Under the pieces are notes generated by a model. The model was not told the origin of the DNA. It was given only the letters and a program-made list of their open reading frames with translations, and did no database searches. Below, in pieces: positions 9,000 to 18,159 of a DNA stretch of 45,381 bases. Each line of letters begins with the position of its first letter. Within the stretch, counting starts at the first letter, position 1. The stretch comes from Gammaproteobacteria bacterium (GTDB taxonomy: Bacteria > Pseudomonadota > Gammaproteobacteria > JACCXJ01), in assembly GCA_050740655.1 (NCBI GenBank), contig JBOIDW010000024.1:1-45381 (forward strand), read 5' to 3'. The position numbers were made by a program, and so were the translations under genes.

Positions 9000-10217
9000 T
9001 TACAAACGGGACGGATGGCCATCCCCGGTATACCGTCCCCTGCCGAGCTTGCGCTGCAGTCGCTCGCGGCGCTGTCGATATCCGCTCGACTGCGGGGCCA
9101 TCGCGACCAGACGCTCGGTATAGGCCAGGGCCTTATTGAAATCACGGCACCGGTGCTCAAAGTGCTTGGCGAGGTTCTCTAAGGCTTCGGGATGGTCCTG
9201 CTCCGCGAGCCCCTGCCAAAGGGTGAGCGCCTGCTGCCATTCCCCGCGCTGCCGGTGCAGATGTGCGGCCAGCATGGCGGCCTCACCGCTCAAGACGCGG
9301 GGATCGGCGCTCAGTTGCCGGCTCGCCTCCAAGTCCCTTCCGTTGCGAACGAGACTGACCGCAATCGCGTGCCGATCGGCGTCGATCGGTCCCGGCTCGG
9401 CGTAGGTCTCGGCAAGCACGGCCCCCAATCCGACCAGGGACACTAGATCCAGATGATTGTGCTCCAGGACCGCGGGGAGTTGCTCCGCCTGGCCTTCGCG
9501 CACGAACTGCGTCCATACCCGGGGTACCAGCCAACCCGGCAGATCATCGCGGCGCGCCAGGCCCAGCAGGCGGCGCTCCGCGGTCTGCAAGCGGCAATCG
9601 GGCCAGTGGCTCGCGAAGGCCGTGCGCAGCGGATAGAGCAGATCGAGATGGGGCAAATGGCCGAGAGGGTCGGGGCGACGCGCGAGCCGATAGCGGGCGG
9701 CCAGGAGCGGTACATCGAAGCGCTTGCCGTTGAAGCTCACGACTCCGGAGGCGAGCCGCAAGCGCTCGCCGATGTGATCGAGTAGCAGCGGCTCGGCGGC
9801 GAAGCCGGTCACCAGCCACTGGTAGACGCATAACGCGTCCTCCTCGATCCAGGCCAGACCGACCAGGAAGGCTAGGGTCCCGGTTCCGCCCGCAAGCCCA
9901 GTGGTCTCCGTATCGAGAAACACCAGGCCCGCCCGAGGCGGGACGGCGCCGGCCAGGAGCTGCAAGGGCGCGGTATTGAAACGCCCCAAACGCACCGTGC
10001 CGTGTAGCTGGCTCAATGGCAGCTTGCGCTCGATGCGAATGAGCCCGCTCGCGATCGCTGTGCCGCCCAGGTAATGCGCCAGGGCCGGGCCGGGCGCCAA
10101 CGCGGTTGGCGGCGGCTTACGTCCGAGATACGCGAGGCGTTCCGTCAGCGCTAGCGGCCGCGCGGCGCTGGCCGCCGTTCTTTCGTGCAGCGCGGCCAGC
10201 CGCGCCTTGAGGTCCAT
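9000..10217 (-). CDS. RNase H-like (YprB-type exonuclease fold) domain protein with C-terminal TPR-like helical repeats
   Basis: LVFLDTETTGLAGGTGTLAFLVGL is a DEDD-like first acidic motif. The C-terminus is helical-repeat rich. Start set at ATG 10217 (MDLKARL..), 4 nt after the mgtE stop. Confidence 0.65.
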   Translation of the reverse strand: MDLKARLAALHERTAASAARPLALTERLAYLGRKPPPTALAPGPALAHYLGGTAIASGLIRIERKLPLSQLHGTVRLGRFNTAPLQLLAGAVPPRAGLVFLDTETTGLAGGTGTLAFLVGLAWIEEDALCVYQWLVTGFAAEPLLLDHIGERLRLASGVVSFNGKRFDVPLLAARYRLARRPDPLGHLPHLDLLYPLRTAFASHWPDCRLQTAERRLLGLARRDDLPGWLVPRVWTQFVREGQAEQLPAVLEHNHLDLVSLVGLGAVLAETYAEPGPIDADRHAIAVSLVRNGRDLEASRQLSADPRVLSGEAAMLAAHLHRQRGEWQQALTLWQGLAEQDHPEALENLAKHFEHRCRDFNKALAYTERLVAMAPQSSGYRQRRERLQRKLGRGRYTGDGHPSRL

Positions 10218-10221
10218 GCCG

Positions 10222-11580
10222 CTAGACGACGAAAAACGCCGCAAGGCCCAGGAAGGCCGAAAATCCGAGCACATCCGTGACCGTGGTCAGGAACAGCCCG
10301 CCGGCCAGGGCCGGATCGATCCCCAGACGCTTCAGCGTAATCGGGATCAGCGTCCCGGCCAGCGCCGCGGCCGCTACGTTGGCGGTCAATGCCAACGCGA
10401 TCACCATCCCGATGCTGAGATTCCCGAACCAGTTGGCGGCAACGACCCCGACTATCGTTGCCCATAACAGTCCGTTGGTGACGCCGACTGCGAGCTCCTT
10501 ACGCAACAGGGAGCGGTAATTGGCATCGCTGATCTGGCCGAGGGCCAGCCCGCGGATCACGATGGTGAGCGTCTGGCTGCCGGCAACCCCGCCCATGCTG
10601 GCGACGAGCGGCATCAAAATGGCGAGCGCGACGCTGTGCCGTAGGGTGTCCTCGAAGCGGCCGATGACCCAGGCGGCGAGCAAAGCCGTGATGAGATTGA
10701 CCCCCAGCCACAGGGCACGGCGCGGGATGCTCGCCAGGGCCGGTGCGAAGGTGTCGTCGGCCTCGTTGAGACCGGCGAGGCTCATGAGGGAATGATCGCC
10801 CTGGTCGCGGATCACGTCCACCACGTCGTCGATGGTGATGCGTCCGAGCAGCCGGCCCCTCTCGTCCACCACCGGTGCCGAGAGCAGATCGCGCTGCTCG
10901 AACCGCTTAGCCACCTGGTCCGCCGGCATCTGTGCCGGGATGGGCTCCGGATCATCCAGCATCACCTCGGCCACCGTCCTATCGGGGTTGGCGGTTACCA
11001 GTGTCGTGATGGGCAGCATGCCCTGATAGCGGTTGTCGCGATCCACGACCATCAGGCTGTCGGTCTTCTCCGGTAGCTCGTGGCGGCGCCGCAGATAACG
11101 CAGCACGGCCTCCAGGTCGACGTCGCTGCGCACGCTGATGGTATCGGTATTCATCAGACCGCCGGCCGTGTCCTCCGGGTATTGGAGGACCGCAGCGACG
11201 CGCTGTCGATCCTGGGCGTCCATCGAGCGTAGCACCTGCTCGATGCGGTCTTCGGGCAGGTCTTGCAGGATATCAGCGGCATCATCGGTTTCCAGTTGCT
11301 CGGTCAGCTCGGCAACCTGCGCCGGGGCCAGGAGCTCGAGCAGCGTCACGCGCACCGCGTCATGCGCATGCGACAAGACTTCGCCCTGGATCTCCACGGG
11401 CACCAGCCCCCAGAGGACCTCGCGCTGCTCGCCCGGCGCCGATTCGAGCAGATCGGCGATCTCGGAGGGGTGCAAATCGGCGAGGGCGTGTGCCGCGGCG
11501 TCCCGGTCGCCCTCGCCGATGGCCTCCTGGATCACTATCTGCGGCCGGTTCGTCGGGAGGGGCTCGGTCCGTTGATGCAT
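10222..11580 (-). CDS. mgtE: magnesium transporter MgtE
   Basis: 452 aa with an N-terminal MgtE_N region (LHPSEIADLLES), tandem CBS domains and a C-terminal 5-TM domain (..GGVAGSQTLTIVIRGLALG.., ..TTVTDVLGFSAFLGLA). Confidence 0.9.
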   Translation of the reverse strand: MHQRTEPLPTNRPQIVIQEAIGEGDRDAAAHALADLHPSEIADLLESAPGEQREVLWGLVPVEIQGEVLSHAHDAVRVTLLELLAPAQVAELTEQLETDDAADILQDLPEDRIEQVLRSMDAQDRQRVAAVLQYPEDTAGGLMNTDTISVRSDVDLEAVLRYLRRRHELPEKTDSLMVVDRDNRYQGMLPITTLVTANPDRTVAEVMLDDPEPIPAQMPADQVAKRFEQRDLLSAPVVDERGRLLGRITIDDVVDVIRDQGDHSLMSLAGLNEADDTFAPALASIPRRALWLGVNLITALLAAWVIGRFEDTLRHSVALAILMPLVASMGGVAGSQTLTIVIRGLALGQISDANYRSLLRKELAVGVTNGLLWATIVGVVAANWFGNLSIGMVIALALTANVAAAALAGTLIPITLKRLGIDPALAGGLFLTTVTDVLGFSAFLGLAAFFVV

Positions 11581-11790
11581 GGGGCGGTTCTTGGCGGGAG
11601 CAGAGCCGGGGCGGCTAGCGGCCCATTCTAGCGGGGAAGCCGGGCGGTATAGAACCCCGGAGAGGCCGCCCTCGAGGTGCTCCGAGCCTCAATGGACTGC
11701 GGATTACCTGGACTATAGGCTCACCCGGACGCTGAGCCGTGCCGGGCGCATGGCGTTGCCTCGCCGCCTAGCGATGCAAGCCGCCGTATA

Positions 11791-11818
11791 TTGCATTAAA
11801 CGCCAACTCATGTATTGT
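11791..11818 (+). promoter_or_regulatory. candidate sigma70 promoter (TTGCAT-16 nt-TATTGT)
   Basis: Hexamers read directly in the AT-rich mgtE/kinase intergenic region. No experimental support. Confidence 0.25.
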
Positions 11819-11962
11819 AGTCCACGGCTCGCCGCGAAGTGTCCCTCTCAGCCAGGCCACGAGCTGGGCCGAAAACCGATGGTTACGCGTAACCAGATGA
11901 AATATAAACGGTTTTCTAAAATATTCGCTTACAATAACTAGCTATCCTATAGGAGGTAATTT

Positions 11963-12040
11963 ATGGGTGATGACGCAATGTGGGTACTTTTGGCGCTCTC
12001 CGTCGTCTGCTTAGCTGCGCTGTTCGTTACCAACCGCTAA
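11963..12040 (+). CDS. 25-aa hydrophobic small ORF (MGDDAMWVLLALSVVCLAALFVTNR)
   Basis: AGGAGG at 11951-11956 sits 6 nt before the ATG. One predicted TM helix. Lies in an AT-rich intergenic region and is too short for the ORF track. Confidence 0.35.
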   Translation: MGDDAMWVLLALSVVCLAALFVTNR

Positions 12041-12079
12041 GGCAACGCGAGACCAATAACAATAACAATAGTGGTATCT

Positions 12080-12162
12080 GGAGCCGTTCTCGATAACGTC
12101 TCCGACGTATAAGCGGGTCTAGTTGCGGCGTGCCCTGTGGGGCTGGACGTAGCAGACCCGCT
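12080..12162 (+). other. two stem-loops downstream of the small ORF
   Basis: First: GGAGCCGTT/AACGTCTCC (9 bp, 1 mismatch, 6-nt loop) at 12080-12103. Second: AGCGGGTCT/AGACCCGCT (9 bp perfect) closing a 33-nt region at 12112-12162. No strong T-tract follows. Confidence 0.4.
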
Positions 12163-12303
12163 CCGTTTATCCGGCCTAGTTCAACCTTCCTGCCGCCGCC
12201 CACCGACGGCACGTTATCCGCCTTATCCCCAACCTAGCCTTGGTGTGTCCGGTCCTGATATGACCCGGGGGCCGAAGCACGTGCAGTATGGGGTAAGCAA
12301 ATC

Positions 12304-14025
12304 ATGAAGCAGGCGCGTAAGGTCAGCGGCAACGGTGAGTATGGCCTTCTCGCCGCCATGCTGCTGCTGTTACATTTCGCGGTTTGGTGGGACTTCGGGG
12401 CCGCATTCTCGCAGGCCTTGATGCTGGTGCACTTCGGCCTGTTCTTGATCTGGCAGCCATTCTGGAGCCGCCGTGAACCGGTGCGCTGGGGCCGCGGCGT
12501 GGTCTTTCTCGGTCTGACCGTGGGCCTGACGTATTGGCTAGACCGCTGGTTGCTGGCCGGATGGGTCATCCTCTTAACCGGCATCATCGCGGGGTTACCG
12601 GGCACCGCTCGCCTCGATCGCTACGTATACTTTCCCGCACTGTTATTTCTGGTATCAACCTTGGTGCTCGGTTGCGTACCGCCGTTGTTCCAAATCGCGC
12701 CGTTACCAGAGACCGTGACGATATTATTCGAGTTCGGGCTGTTCGCGGCCCCCTTGGCCATCGGTGTCATTGCGGTTGGCACGCAGCGGCGTAGCGGGCC
12801 GCGGTCGGTCGATCTGTTTCGCGCCGTGACCATTTCCCTGCTCACGGCGGTGCTGGCGGCCAGCAGTCTGGTGGATATGTACTTCACCGGCACGGATTAT
12901 CCCGTCGCACTGGTGCGGTCGTTATTGGCCATCGCTGGATTTCTCTTCGCAATCAGTTGGCTGCTGTCGCCACAGGGCTACGCCAGCCTCACCCAGCTAT
13001 GGGAGCAATCGCTGCTTAATATCGGCACACCCTTTGAGCAATGGCTGGTGGGGATTGCGAATCTGGCCGACGCGGGCTCACCCCCTGAAGCGTTTCTGCG
13101 TGAGGCTATGGATCGCGTAGTGGCATTGCCGTGGTGCGAAGGCGTTCAATGGCATGATGCCTTGAACTCCGGCGCCGTGGGACGGGAGGCGCCCTACCGC
13201 CTCGAGCTGCACGACGCCGGGCTAAGCGTTACCCTGCTGACCAGGAAACCGGTGGGACCCGGCCTGCTGGTCCATTGCCGGCTGTTGATCCAGATCGTGC
13301 AGTATTTCTACCTGGCGAAGCTGCGCGAGACGGAGCTCGCGCAAAAGGCCCATCTCGAGGCTATCTACCAGACCGGAGCACGCGTCGCGCATGACATCAA
13401 GAACCTGTTGCAGTCGCTGCGCAGCGTCGCCGCGGCCTTGGAAACGCAGGGACCAAAGGCGCGTCAGCAGCGAGCACAGGACTTGGTACGGCGTCAAGTC
13501 CCGAGCATTATTCAGCGTTTGGAGCGCGCCTTGGGTAAGCTCCAGGCCCCCGAGCGTAGCGACCAAGAGTGCTGCGATTTGGCCTGCTGGTGGGACGAGA
13601 TCAAGGCACGGCACGCGTTGCACGAGGTTGAATTCGAGTCTCAGCTCGGTGTCAACTCGCAAGTACCGCGAGATCTGCTCGATAGCGTCGTAGACAATCT
13701 GCTGGAGAACGCCTATCACAAGCGTCGCACCGAGCCCGGCATCCGCATCAAGGTGAGCGTATCCTGCGGGCCGGGTGGATTATGCTTGACGGTCTGCGAC
13801 AGTGGTAGTGCGATTCATCGGGACTTGGCAGGGCAGCTATTGCGCCAGCCCGTGGCCTCCGCGAGCGGTTTGGGGGTGGGTCTTTACCAGATAGCGCGCC
13901 AGGCGCAGATCATGGGGTATGGGCTGGCATTGACGCGAAACGTCGCGGGTGAGGTGTGCTTTACCTTGTCCGGTCCCGCCGAATGGGTGGCCGCGAATAC
14001 CCAAGGCGGACAGCTAGCGCCATAG
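12304..14025 (+). CDS. membrane-bound sensor histidine kinase (multi-TM N-terminus, PrsK-like layout), no adjacent response regulator
   Basis: About 8 hydrophobic helices in the first ~230 aa. H-box ARVAHDIKNLLQSL, N-box VVDNLLENAYHK, G-boxes VCDSGSAI and GLGVGLY. Confidence 0.8.
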   Translation: MKQARKVSGNGEYGLLAAMLLLLHFAVWWDFGAAFSQALMLVHFGLFLIWQPFWSRREPVRWGRGVVFLGLTVGLTYWLDRWLLAGWVILLTGIIAGLPGTARLDRYVYFPALLFLVSTLVLGCVPPLFQIAPLPETVTILFEFGLFAAPLAIGVIAVGTQRRSGPRSVDLFRAVTISLLTAVLAASSLVDMYFTGTDYPVALVRSLLAIAGFLFAISWLLSPQGYASLTQLWEQSLLNIGTPFEQWLVGIANLADAGSPPEAFLREAMDRVVALPWCEGVQWHDALNSGAVGREAPYRLELHDAGLSVTLLTRKPVGPGLLVHCRLLIQIVQYFYLAKLRETELAQKAHLEAIYQTGARVAHDIKNLLQSLRSVAAALETQGPKARQQRAQDLVRRQVPSIIQRLERALGKLQAPERSDQECCDLACWWDEIKARHALHEVEFESQLGVNSQVPRDLLDSVVDNLLENAYHKRRTEPGIRIKVSVSCGPGGLCLTVCDSGSAIHRDLAGQLLRQPVASASGLGVGLYQIARQAQIMGYGLALTRNVAGEVCFTLSGPAEWVAANTQGGQLAP

Positions 14026-14209
14026 GTACCGTGGACGAACAGCCGGTAACCCGCGCTCGGGCCTCCAGCAAGAGGTGTTCGTACAACCTGCGAGAAATCC
14101 TTGGTTCTACCGAGGCGGCGCCCTTGAGGGTCTCGCGCCTAGATGGCCTCGGGGCCCAGGTCAGGATTAAGTAAATCGATATCTCCGCTGAAAAATCCCT
14201 AACTGCTTG

Positions 14210-14893
14210 TTACCAGGCTCGGTCGGGCGTTTCGGCAGCGATAGCCAGCATACAGGCAGCGTCGTCGTAACGCGGATTGTTGACCCGCGTAGTGACCGGA
14301 TAGGCCCGGGTGTCTGGTCCTGGATATGGGCGTAGCATTTCCAGCAACACGCCGGCATCCTGCTCGGTAGGATCCAGCCATTGCCGGTATTGCCCGGGCG
14401 CGAGTATGACCGGCATGCGTTCATGGATGGGGCGTAAGATGTCGTTAGCCTCGGTCGTGATGATCGTGCAGGAATCGATGCCGGGTCCGTCCCGCTGCCA
14501 ATTTTCCCAGAGCCCGGCGAAGGCGAATACTGGGGTATCGGCCAGGTGGATATAGTACGGGCGCTTCGCGCCGATCTGCACACGCCATTCATAATAGCCG
14601 CTCGCGGGGATCAGGCAACGCCGCCGTCTGAAGGCGTTTCGGAAGACCGGTTTATCGGCGACGGTTTCCGACCGCGCATTGACCATCCAGCCGATCCGCG
14701 GGTCCCTGGCCCAATGCGGAACGAGTCCCCAGCGAATCGGGACCAGCTCGCGGACGCCGTCACGGACAAGGATAGCCGGCACCTGTTGCGAGGGGGTTAG
14801 GTTATAGCGGGGCGCGAAATCGGGCACGCCGCTTAGACTGAGACGTGCCTGAAGCTCTTCCGCGCTCGCGTGCAAGGCGTAGCGTCCGCACAT
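14210..14893 (-). CDS. SOS response-associated peptidase (SRAP/YedK family, abasic-site processing protein)
   Basis: Starts MCGRYAL (catalytic Cys2), followed by ..RYNLTPSQ.., ..VPHWA.., ..NARSET...P.FR.AF...RCL.PA.G.YEW. Confidence 0.85.
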   Translation of the reverse strand: MCGRYALHASAEELQARLSLSGVPDFAPRYNLTPSQQVPAILVRDGVRELVPIRWGLVPHWARDPRIGWMVNARSETVADKPVFRNAFRRRRCLIPASGYYEWRVQIGAKRPYYIHLADTPVFAFAGLWENWQRDGPGIDSCTIITTEANDILRPIHERMPVILAPGQYRQWLDPTEQDAGVLLEMLRPYPGPDTRAYPVTTRVNNPRYDDAACMLAIAAETPDRAW

Positions 14894-14963
14894 GAATAGG
14901 CTATCCGGTCCGCGATGCGAGGCACTACCGGGTCATGGTTCCGCTGGCTGCCCGCGACGCCCG

Positions 14964-15248
14964 CTACGTAAAGATCGCCTCGTATCTCATCCCATCGCGT
15001 TCCGGTCCGATGGGTACCAGGAATATCGCCAACGTGCCCAAGCGCGAATGGCATAGCGAATAGATCCGCTGCGGAAGCAGGGGCTGCATGGGTCCCAGGA
15101 AGACCAGGGAGTAAGCACTGCGGTGCGCATCGGGACGCGAGCACCCCAGCGGCTGGACCGATACCAGACGCAACGCCAGCCGGTCGCCGATCGCGAACGG
15201 CTCATTCAGGCATTGCGCCCAGTGCTCCATCGTCAGGGTGTCCAGCAC
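14964..15248 (-). CDS. small conserved hypothetical protein (DUF6916-like)
   Basis: Pattern F.IGD...L.LV.V.......SL.F.GP....L.Q.IY.L.H..LG.L.IFLVPIG......YEAIF recalled from a small-protein family. Start is either GTG 15248 or ATG 15230. Confidence 0.45.
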   Translation of the reverse strand: MLDTLTMEHWAQCLNEPFAIGDRLALRLVSVQPLGCSRPDAHRSAYSLVFLGPMQPLLPQRIYSLCHSRLGTLAIFLVPIGPERDGMRYEAIFT

Positions 15249-15446
15249 GACGGGGACAAATGGTACTGAGCGGACCAGGCCTCGGCAATCATGACCCTAG
15301 GCCGTGACCCGGATCGGAGACCAATGTAACGCCGCGACGCTTGCGAATGCACTGCTATTACGCATGGCGAATGGCCATCGAGGCGTGCAGAGGGCCTGCA
15401 CCGCTCGGGTCAACGGCGCTTGTGCGGCCGTGGGACGGCGAGGCTC

Positions 15447-15668
15447 TTAGCCCTGCGCCGGGATGGCAGATGGACTGGAATGCAATCCTGCTTGCGTGGG
15501 GGTCGCCTCGTCGCCCGGCGTGGCGTCCTGGGGCTCCGCTGCGATGTGGTATGACTCGGCCGCCCAATGGCCCAGGTCGATCAGCTTGCAACGCTCCGAG
15601 CAGAAGGGACGCCAGCCCCCCTGGTCTTGCGCGATCGATAGACCACAGCGCGGGCAGCGTCGGTTCAT
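15447..15668 (-). CDS. yacG: DNA gyrase inhibitor YacG (zinc finger)
   Basis: MNRRCPRCG..WRPFCSERCKLIDLGHWA. The ATG overlaps the zapD stop (TAATG). Confidence 0.85.
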   Translation of the reverse strand: MNRRCPRCGLSIAQDQGGWRPFCSERCKLIDLGHWAAESYHIAAEPQDATPGDEATPTQAGLHSSPSAIPAQG

Positions 15669-16489
15669 TACAAGACACAGCACTGGAGATCGAAGCCAAT
15701 GTCACGCGTCGTCTGGGACGCTCGCATCGCCGTATCGGATTGCTCCAAGAACCGCACCGTAAAGCGGTGTCTGCTGGCGCTGATTTCCGGGAATAGGCCC
15801 TCGGCGGCCGAAATTCTGACGCGCAGTAGCTGGCTACAGGAATTATTCTCCAATGACTGCTGATAGAACCCCCCGCGTGCCGTGCATTGGACCGGATACG
15901 AGCTGTCGCGCAGGATTTTCAGGGCCAGGCTGATGCCCTCGCTGATGACTTGGAGGTCGGCGAACCAATGCTCCAGTTGGCGGTTGCGCTTAGCTACCGG
16001 CCGCTTAAGCCAGAAATGCAATGCCGGAAGGTCGAAGCTACAGGTCCCGCCCGGGATGGCGAGCCGTTGCCTGACCGCCGTAACCAGTTCGTCCTGGCGC
16101 ACGGTCTGGCCCGGCTGGTAATTGGGGTCTTTGAGGCTGGCCGCAATGGTGTTGATCCCGTTCAAGACCTCATCGAGCCGCTGCCCATCCACCCCGGGGT
16201 TGCTTTGTAAGCGTGATAGTGCCGCGGACTGGCGATCGAGTTCTTTGATGACGTCACCCTTGAAATCCGAGCGCCCGAGGATCTCCGTCAGCTCGATGAG
16301 CCGCTCCAGGCCGGCGCGGCTATCCCATTCGCTTAGGCCTTGTACACGCTCCCTAAACTGATCGAACAGGGACTCCAGGCGCAGGAAACCCCGGATCCGC
16401 TCGTTGAGGGGCTGTTCATAGGTGAGCCTGGGATCGGTAGCCGGAGAGGCGGCTTGGGGGGTGGGCGATCGTGTCGACGGTCTGGTCAC
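15668..16489 (-). CDS. zapD: cell division protein ZapD
   Basis: YEQPLNERIRGFLRLE.., KELDRQ.., VRQRLAIPGGTCSFDLPALHFWL, ..HRFTVRF.. all parallel E. coli ZapD. Start uncertain: GTG 16489 chosen because the ORF-track ATG at 16711 would overlap coaE. Confidence 0.8.
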   Translation of the reverse strand: MTRPSTRSPTPQAASPATDPRLTYEQPLNERIRGFLRLESLFDQFRERVQGLSEWDSRAGLERLIELTEILGRSDFKGDVIKELDRQSAALSRLQSNPGVDGQRLDEVLNGINTIAASLKDPNYQPGQTVRQDELVTAVRQRLAIPGGTCSFDLPALHFWLKRPVAKRNRQLEHWFADLQVISEGISLALKILRDSSYPVQCTARGGFYQQSLENNSCSQLLRVRISAAEGLFPEISASRHRFTVRFLEQSDTAMRASQTTRDIGFDLQCCVL

Positions 16490-16604
16490 GATGGGGACCC
16501 GTAGCGGCGCTGGATAAGAGTTGAAGGCGCTGAGAAATCCTATTATGCGCGCCCTGGCGGGAGGGTACAACCACGACCCCGCGCGCGCCGCCAGGCCGCA
16601 TCGT

Positions 16605-17219
16605 TTATCGGCCGGCATACCCGGTCTCCGCCTCGCGCAGGAATCGGCGGTGCAGCGCAAGGACGGCTCGCGCCAAGCCCGCCAAGTCCCCATCGTTAGT
16701 GATTGTCTCATCGGCCGCGGCGAGGCGTGCCTCGCGGGAGGCCTGCACGGCGATGATCGCCTCGACCTCCGCGCGGCTCAGCCGGTCGCGGGCCATGACC
16801 CGTTCGATTTGGCGCGCGATAGGACTATCGACGACTACGACCCGGTCGTAAGCGCCGCTTTGGCGCGTCTCGATCAGCAAGGGGATGCAGACGACACAAT
16901 ATGGAGCGGTAATGTCGGCCACGCGGTGCGCAATGGCCTGTGCGATACGCGGGTGTAGGATTTGCTCCAGTTGCCGCCGCCGCTCACGATCGGAAAAGAC
17001 CAAGCTGCGAAGCCGGGCACGGTCGATGCGCCGCTCGTTATCGATCATGCCGGGGCCAAAGGCACGCGTAATCTCTTCTAGAGCGGGCTGGCCGGGCTGT
17101 ACGCACTCCCTGGCAATCTCATCCGCATCGATGACCGGGACGCCGTGACCCGTGAATAGCATACAAACGGTGGTTTTGCCGCTACCGACACCGCCGGTAA
17201 GCGCCACCCGCAGGGTCAC
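16605..17219 (-). CDS. coaE: dephospho-CoA kinase
   Basis: P-loop LTGGVGSGKTTV. GTG start overlaps the pilD stop (GTGA). Conserved position after pilD. Confidence 0.9.
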   Translation of the reverse strand: MTLRVALTGGVGSGKTTVCMLFTGHGVPVIDADEIARECVQPGQPALEEITRAFGPGMIDNERRIDRARLRSLVFSDRERRRQLEQILHPRIAQAIAHRVADITAPYCVVCIPLLIETRQSGAYDRVVVVDSPIARQIERVMARDRLSRAEVEAIIAVQASREARLAAADETITNDGDLAGLARAVLALHRRFLREAETGYAGR

Positions 17220-18088
17220 GGCGCGGGTAGCCAGCGGAAATAGCTGTCGATGATTTCACCGCCCCAGATCAGGGCGACCCAGCCCGCACAGGCGAGATAC
17301 GGCCCGAACGGAATCGGCTTGCTGCGTTCATGCCCCCCGAATAGGATGAGGGCAATACCGGCGACTGCACCGACCAGCGAGGAGCCCATGATGACCAGCG
17401 GTAGCGACTGCCATCCGAGCCAGGCGCCGAGCATGGCGAGGAGCTTGAAATCCCCGTAGCCCATCCCTTCCTTGCCGGTCACAATCCGGAATGCGTGATA
17501 GATGAGCCACAGGCTAAGATAACCCGCCATCGCGCCGATCACGCTCGCCTCCAGACTGGTCATCTGGCCGAAGAGATTGGCCGCGATGCCCAGCCAGAGC
17601 AGCGCTAAGGTGATCGAATCCGGCAAGAACTGCGTATCGAGGTCGATAAAGCTGAGCGCGATCAAGCCCCAGCTGAGCACGGCCGCAAGGATCGCCTCCG
17701 TGCCCAAGCCGAAACGCCAGGCGGCAATGGCCGCGGCGGTCCCACCCAGCGCTTCGACGATCGCATAGCGCAGTGCGATCGTAGCGCGGCAGCCTCGGCA
17801 GCGCCCCTGTTGCACCACGTAACTGAGTATCGGGATATTCTCCCAAACGCTCAGGCGGCGCCCGCAATTCGGACACCGTGAACGCGGGGTGCTCAAGGAA
17901 AGACGCTCAGCGGACTCGGGCGGCCGTGCGCCGTTTAACTCCGCGCACTGGCTCCGCCACTCGGCCTCCATCATCTTCGGTAAGCGGTGGATGACCACAT
18001 TCAAGAAGCTGCCGATGCACAGGCCGAACAGGCCCATGACGAGGATAAACGCGCAGGGGTAATCCGCGAAGACGGCGAATTCGGTCAT
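17216..18088 (-). CDS. pilD: prepilin leader peptidase / N-methyltransferase PilD (A24 family)
   Basis: Zn-binding CPNCG..CRGC pairs, multi-TM body, and the GYGDFKLLAMLGAWLG active-site block. Confidence 0.9.
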   Translation of the reverse strand: MTEFAVFADYPCAFILVMGLFGLCIGSFLNVVIHRLPKMMEAEWRSQCAELNGARPPESAERLSLSTPRSRCPNCGRRLSVWENIPILSYVVQQGRCRGCRATIALRYAIVEALGGTAAAIAAWRFGLGTEAILAAVLSWGLIALSFIDLDTQFLPDSITLALLWLGIAANLFGQMTSLEASVIGAMAGYLSLWLIYHAFRIVTGKEGMGYGDFKLLAMLGAWLGWQSLPLVIMGSSLVGAVAGIALILFGGHERSKPIPFGPYLACAGWVALIWGGEIIDSYFRWLPAP

Positions 18089-18159
18089 TGCGGACCGAAT
18101 TCTACCGTCTTATCGATGGACGAGGTACTGCAGTGCGACGCTTAGGTTTCAACCTGTGT

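Noticed and set aside
11881-11894. Perfect 14-bp palindrome GGTTACGCGTAACC in the mgtE/kinase intergenic region. Also 12-bp palindromes GGTGACGTCACC (27351-27362) and GGCATCGATGCC (near 23673).
   Set aside because: Expected number of perfect 14-bp palindromes in 45 kb of random sequence is about 3, and about 11 for 12-bp palindromes. Without conservation data they cannot be called operators.
11963-12040. Idea that the 25-aa ORF is a PqqA precursor, prompted by its C-terminal ..TNR (Klebsiella PqqA ends ..ISNR) and the presence of a PQQ enzyme in the window.
   Set aside because: It lacks the essential E-x3-Y pair (no Glu or Tyr in the core) and is strongly hydrophobic, and no pqqBCDE genes are adjacent.
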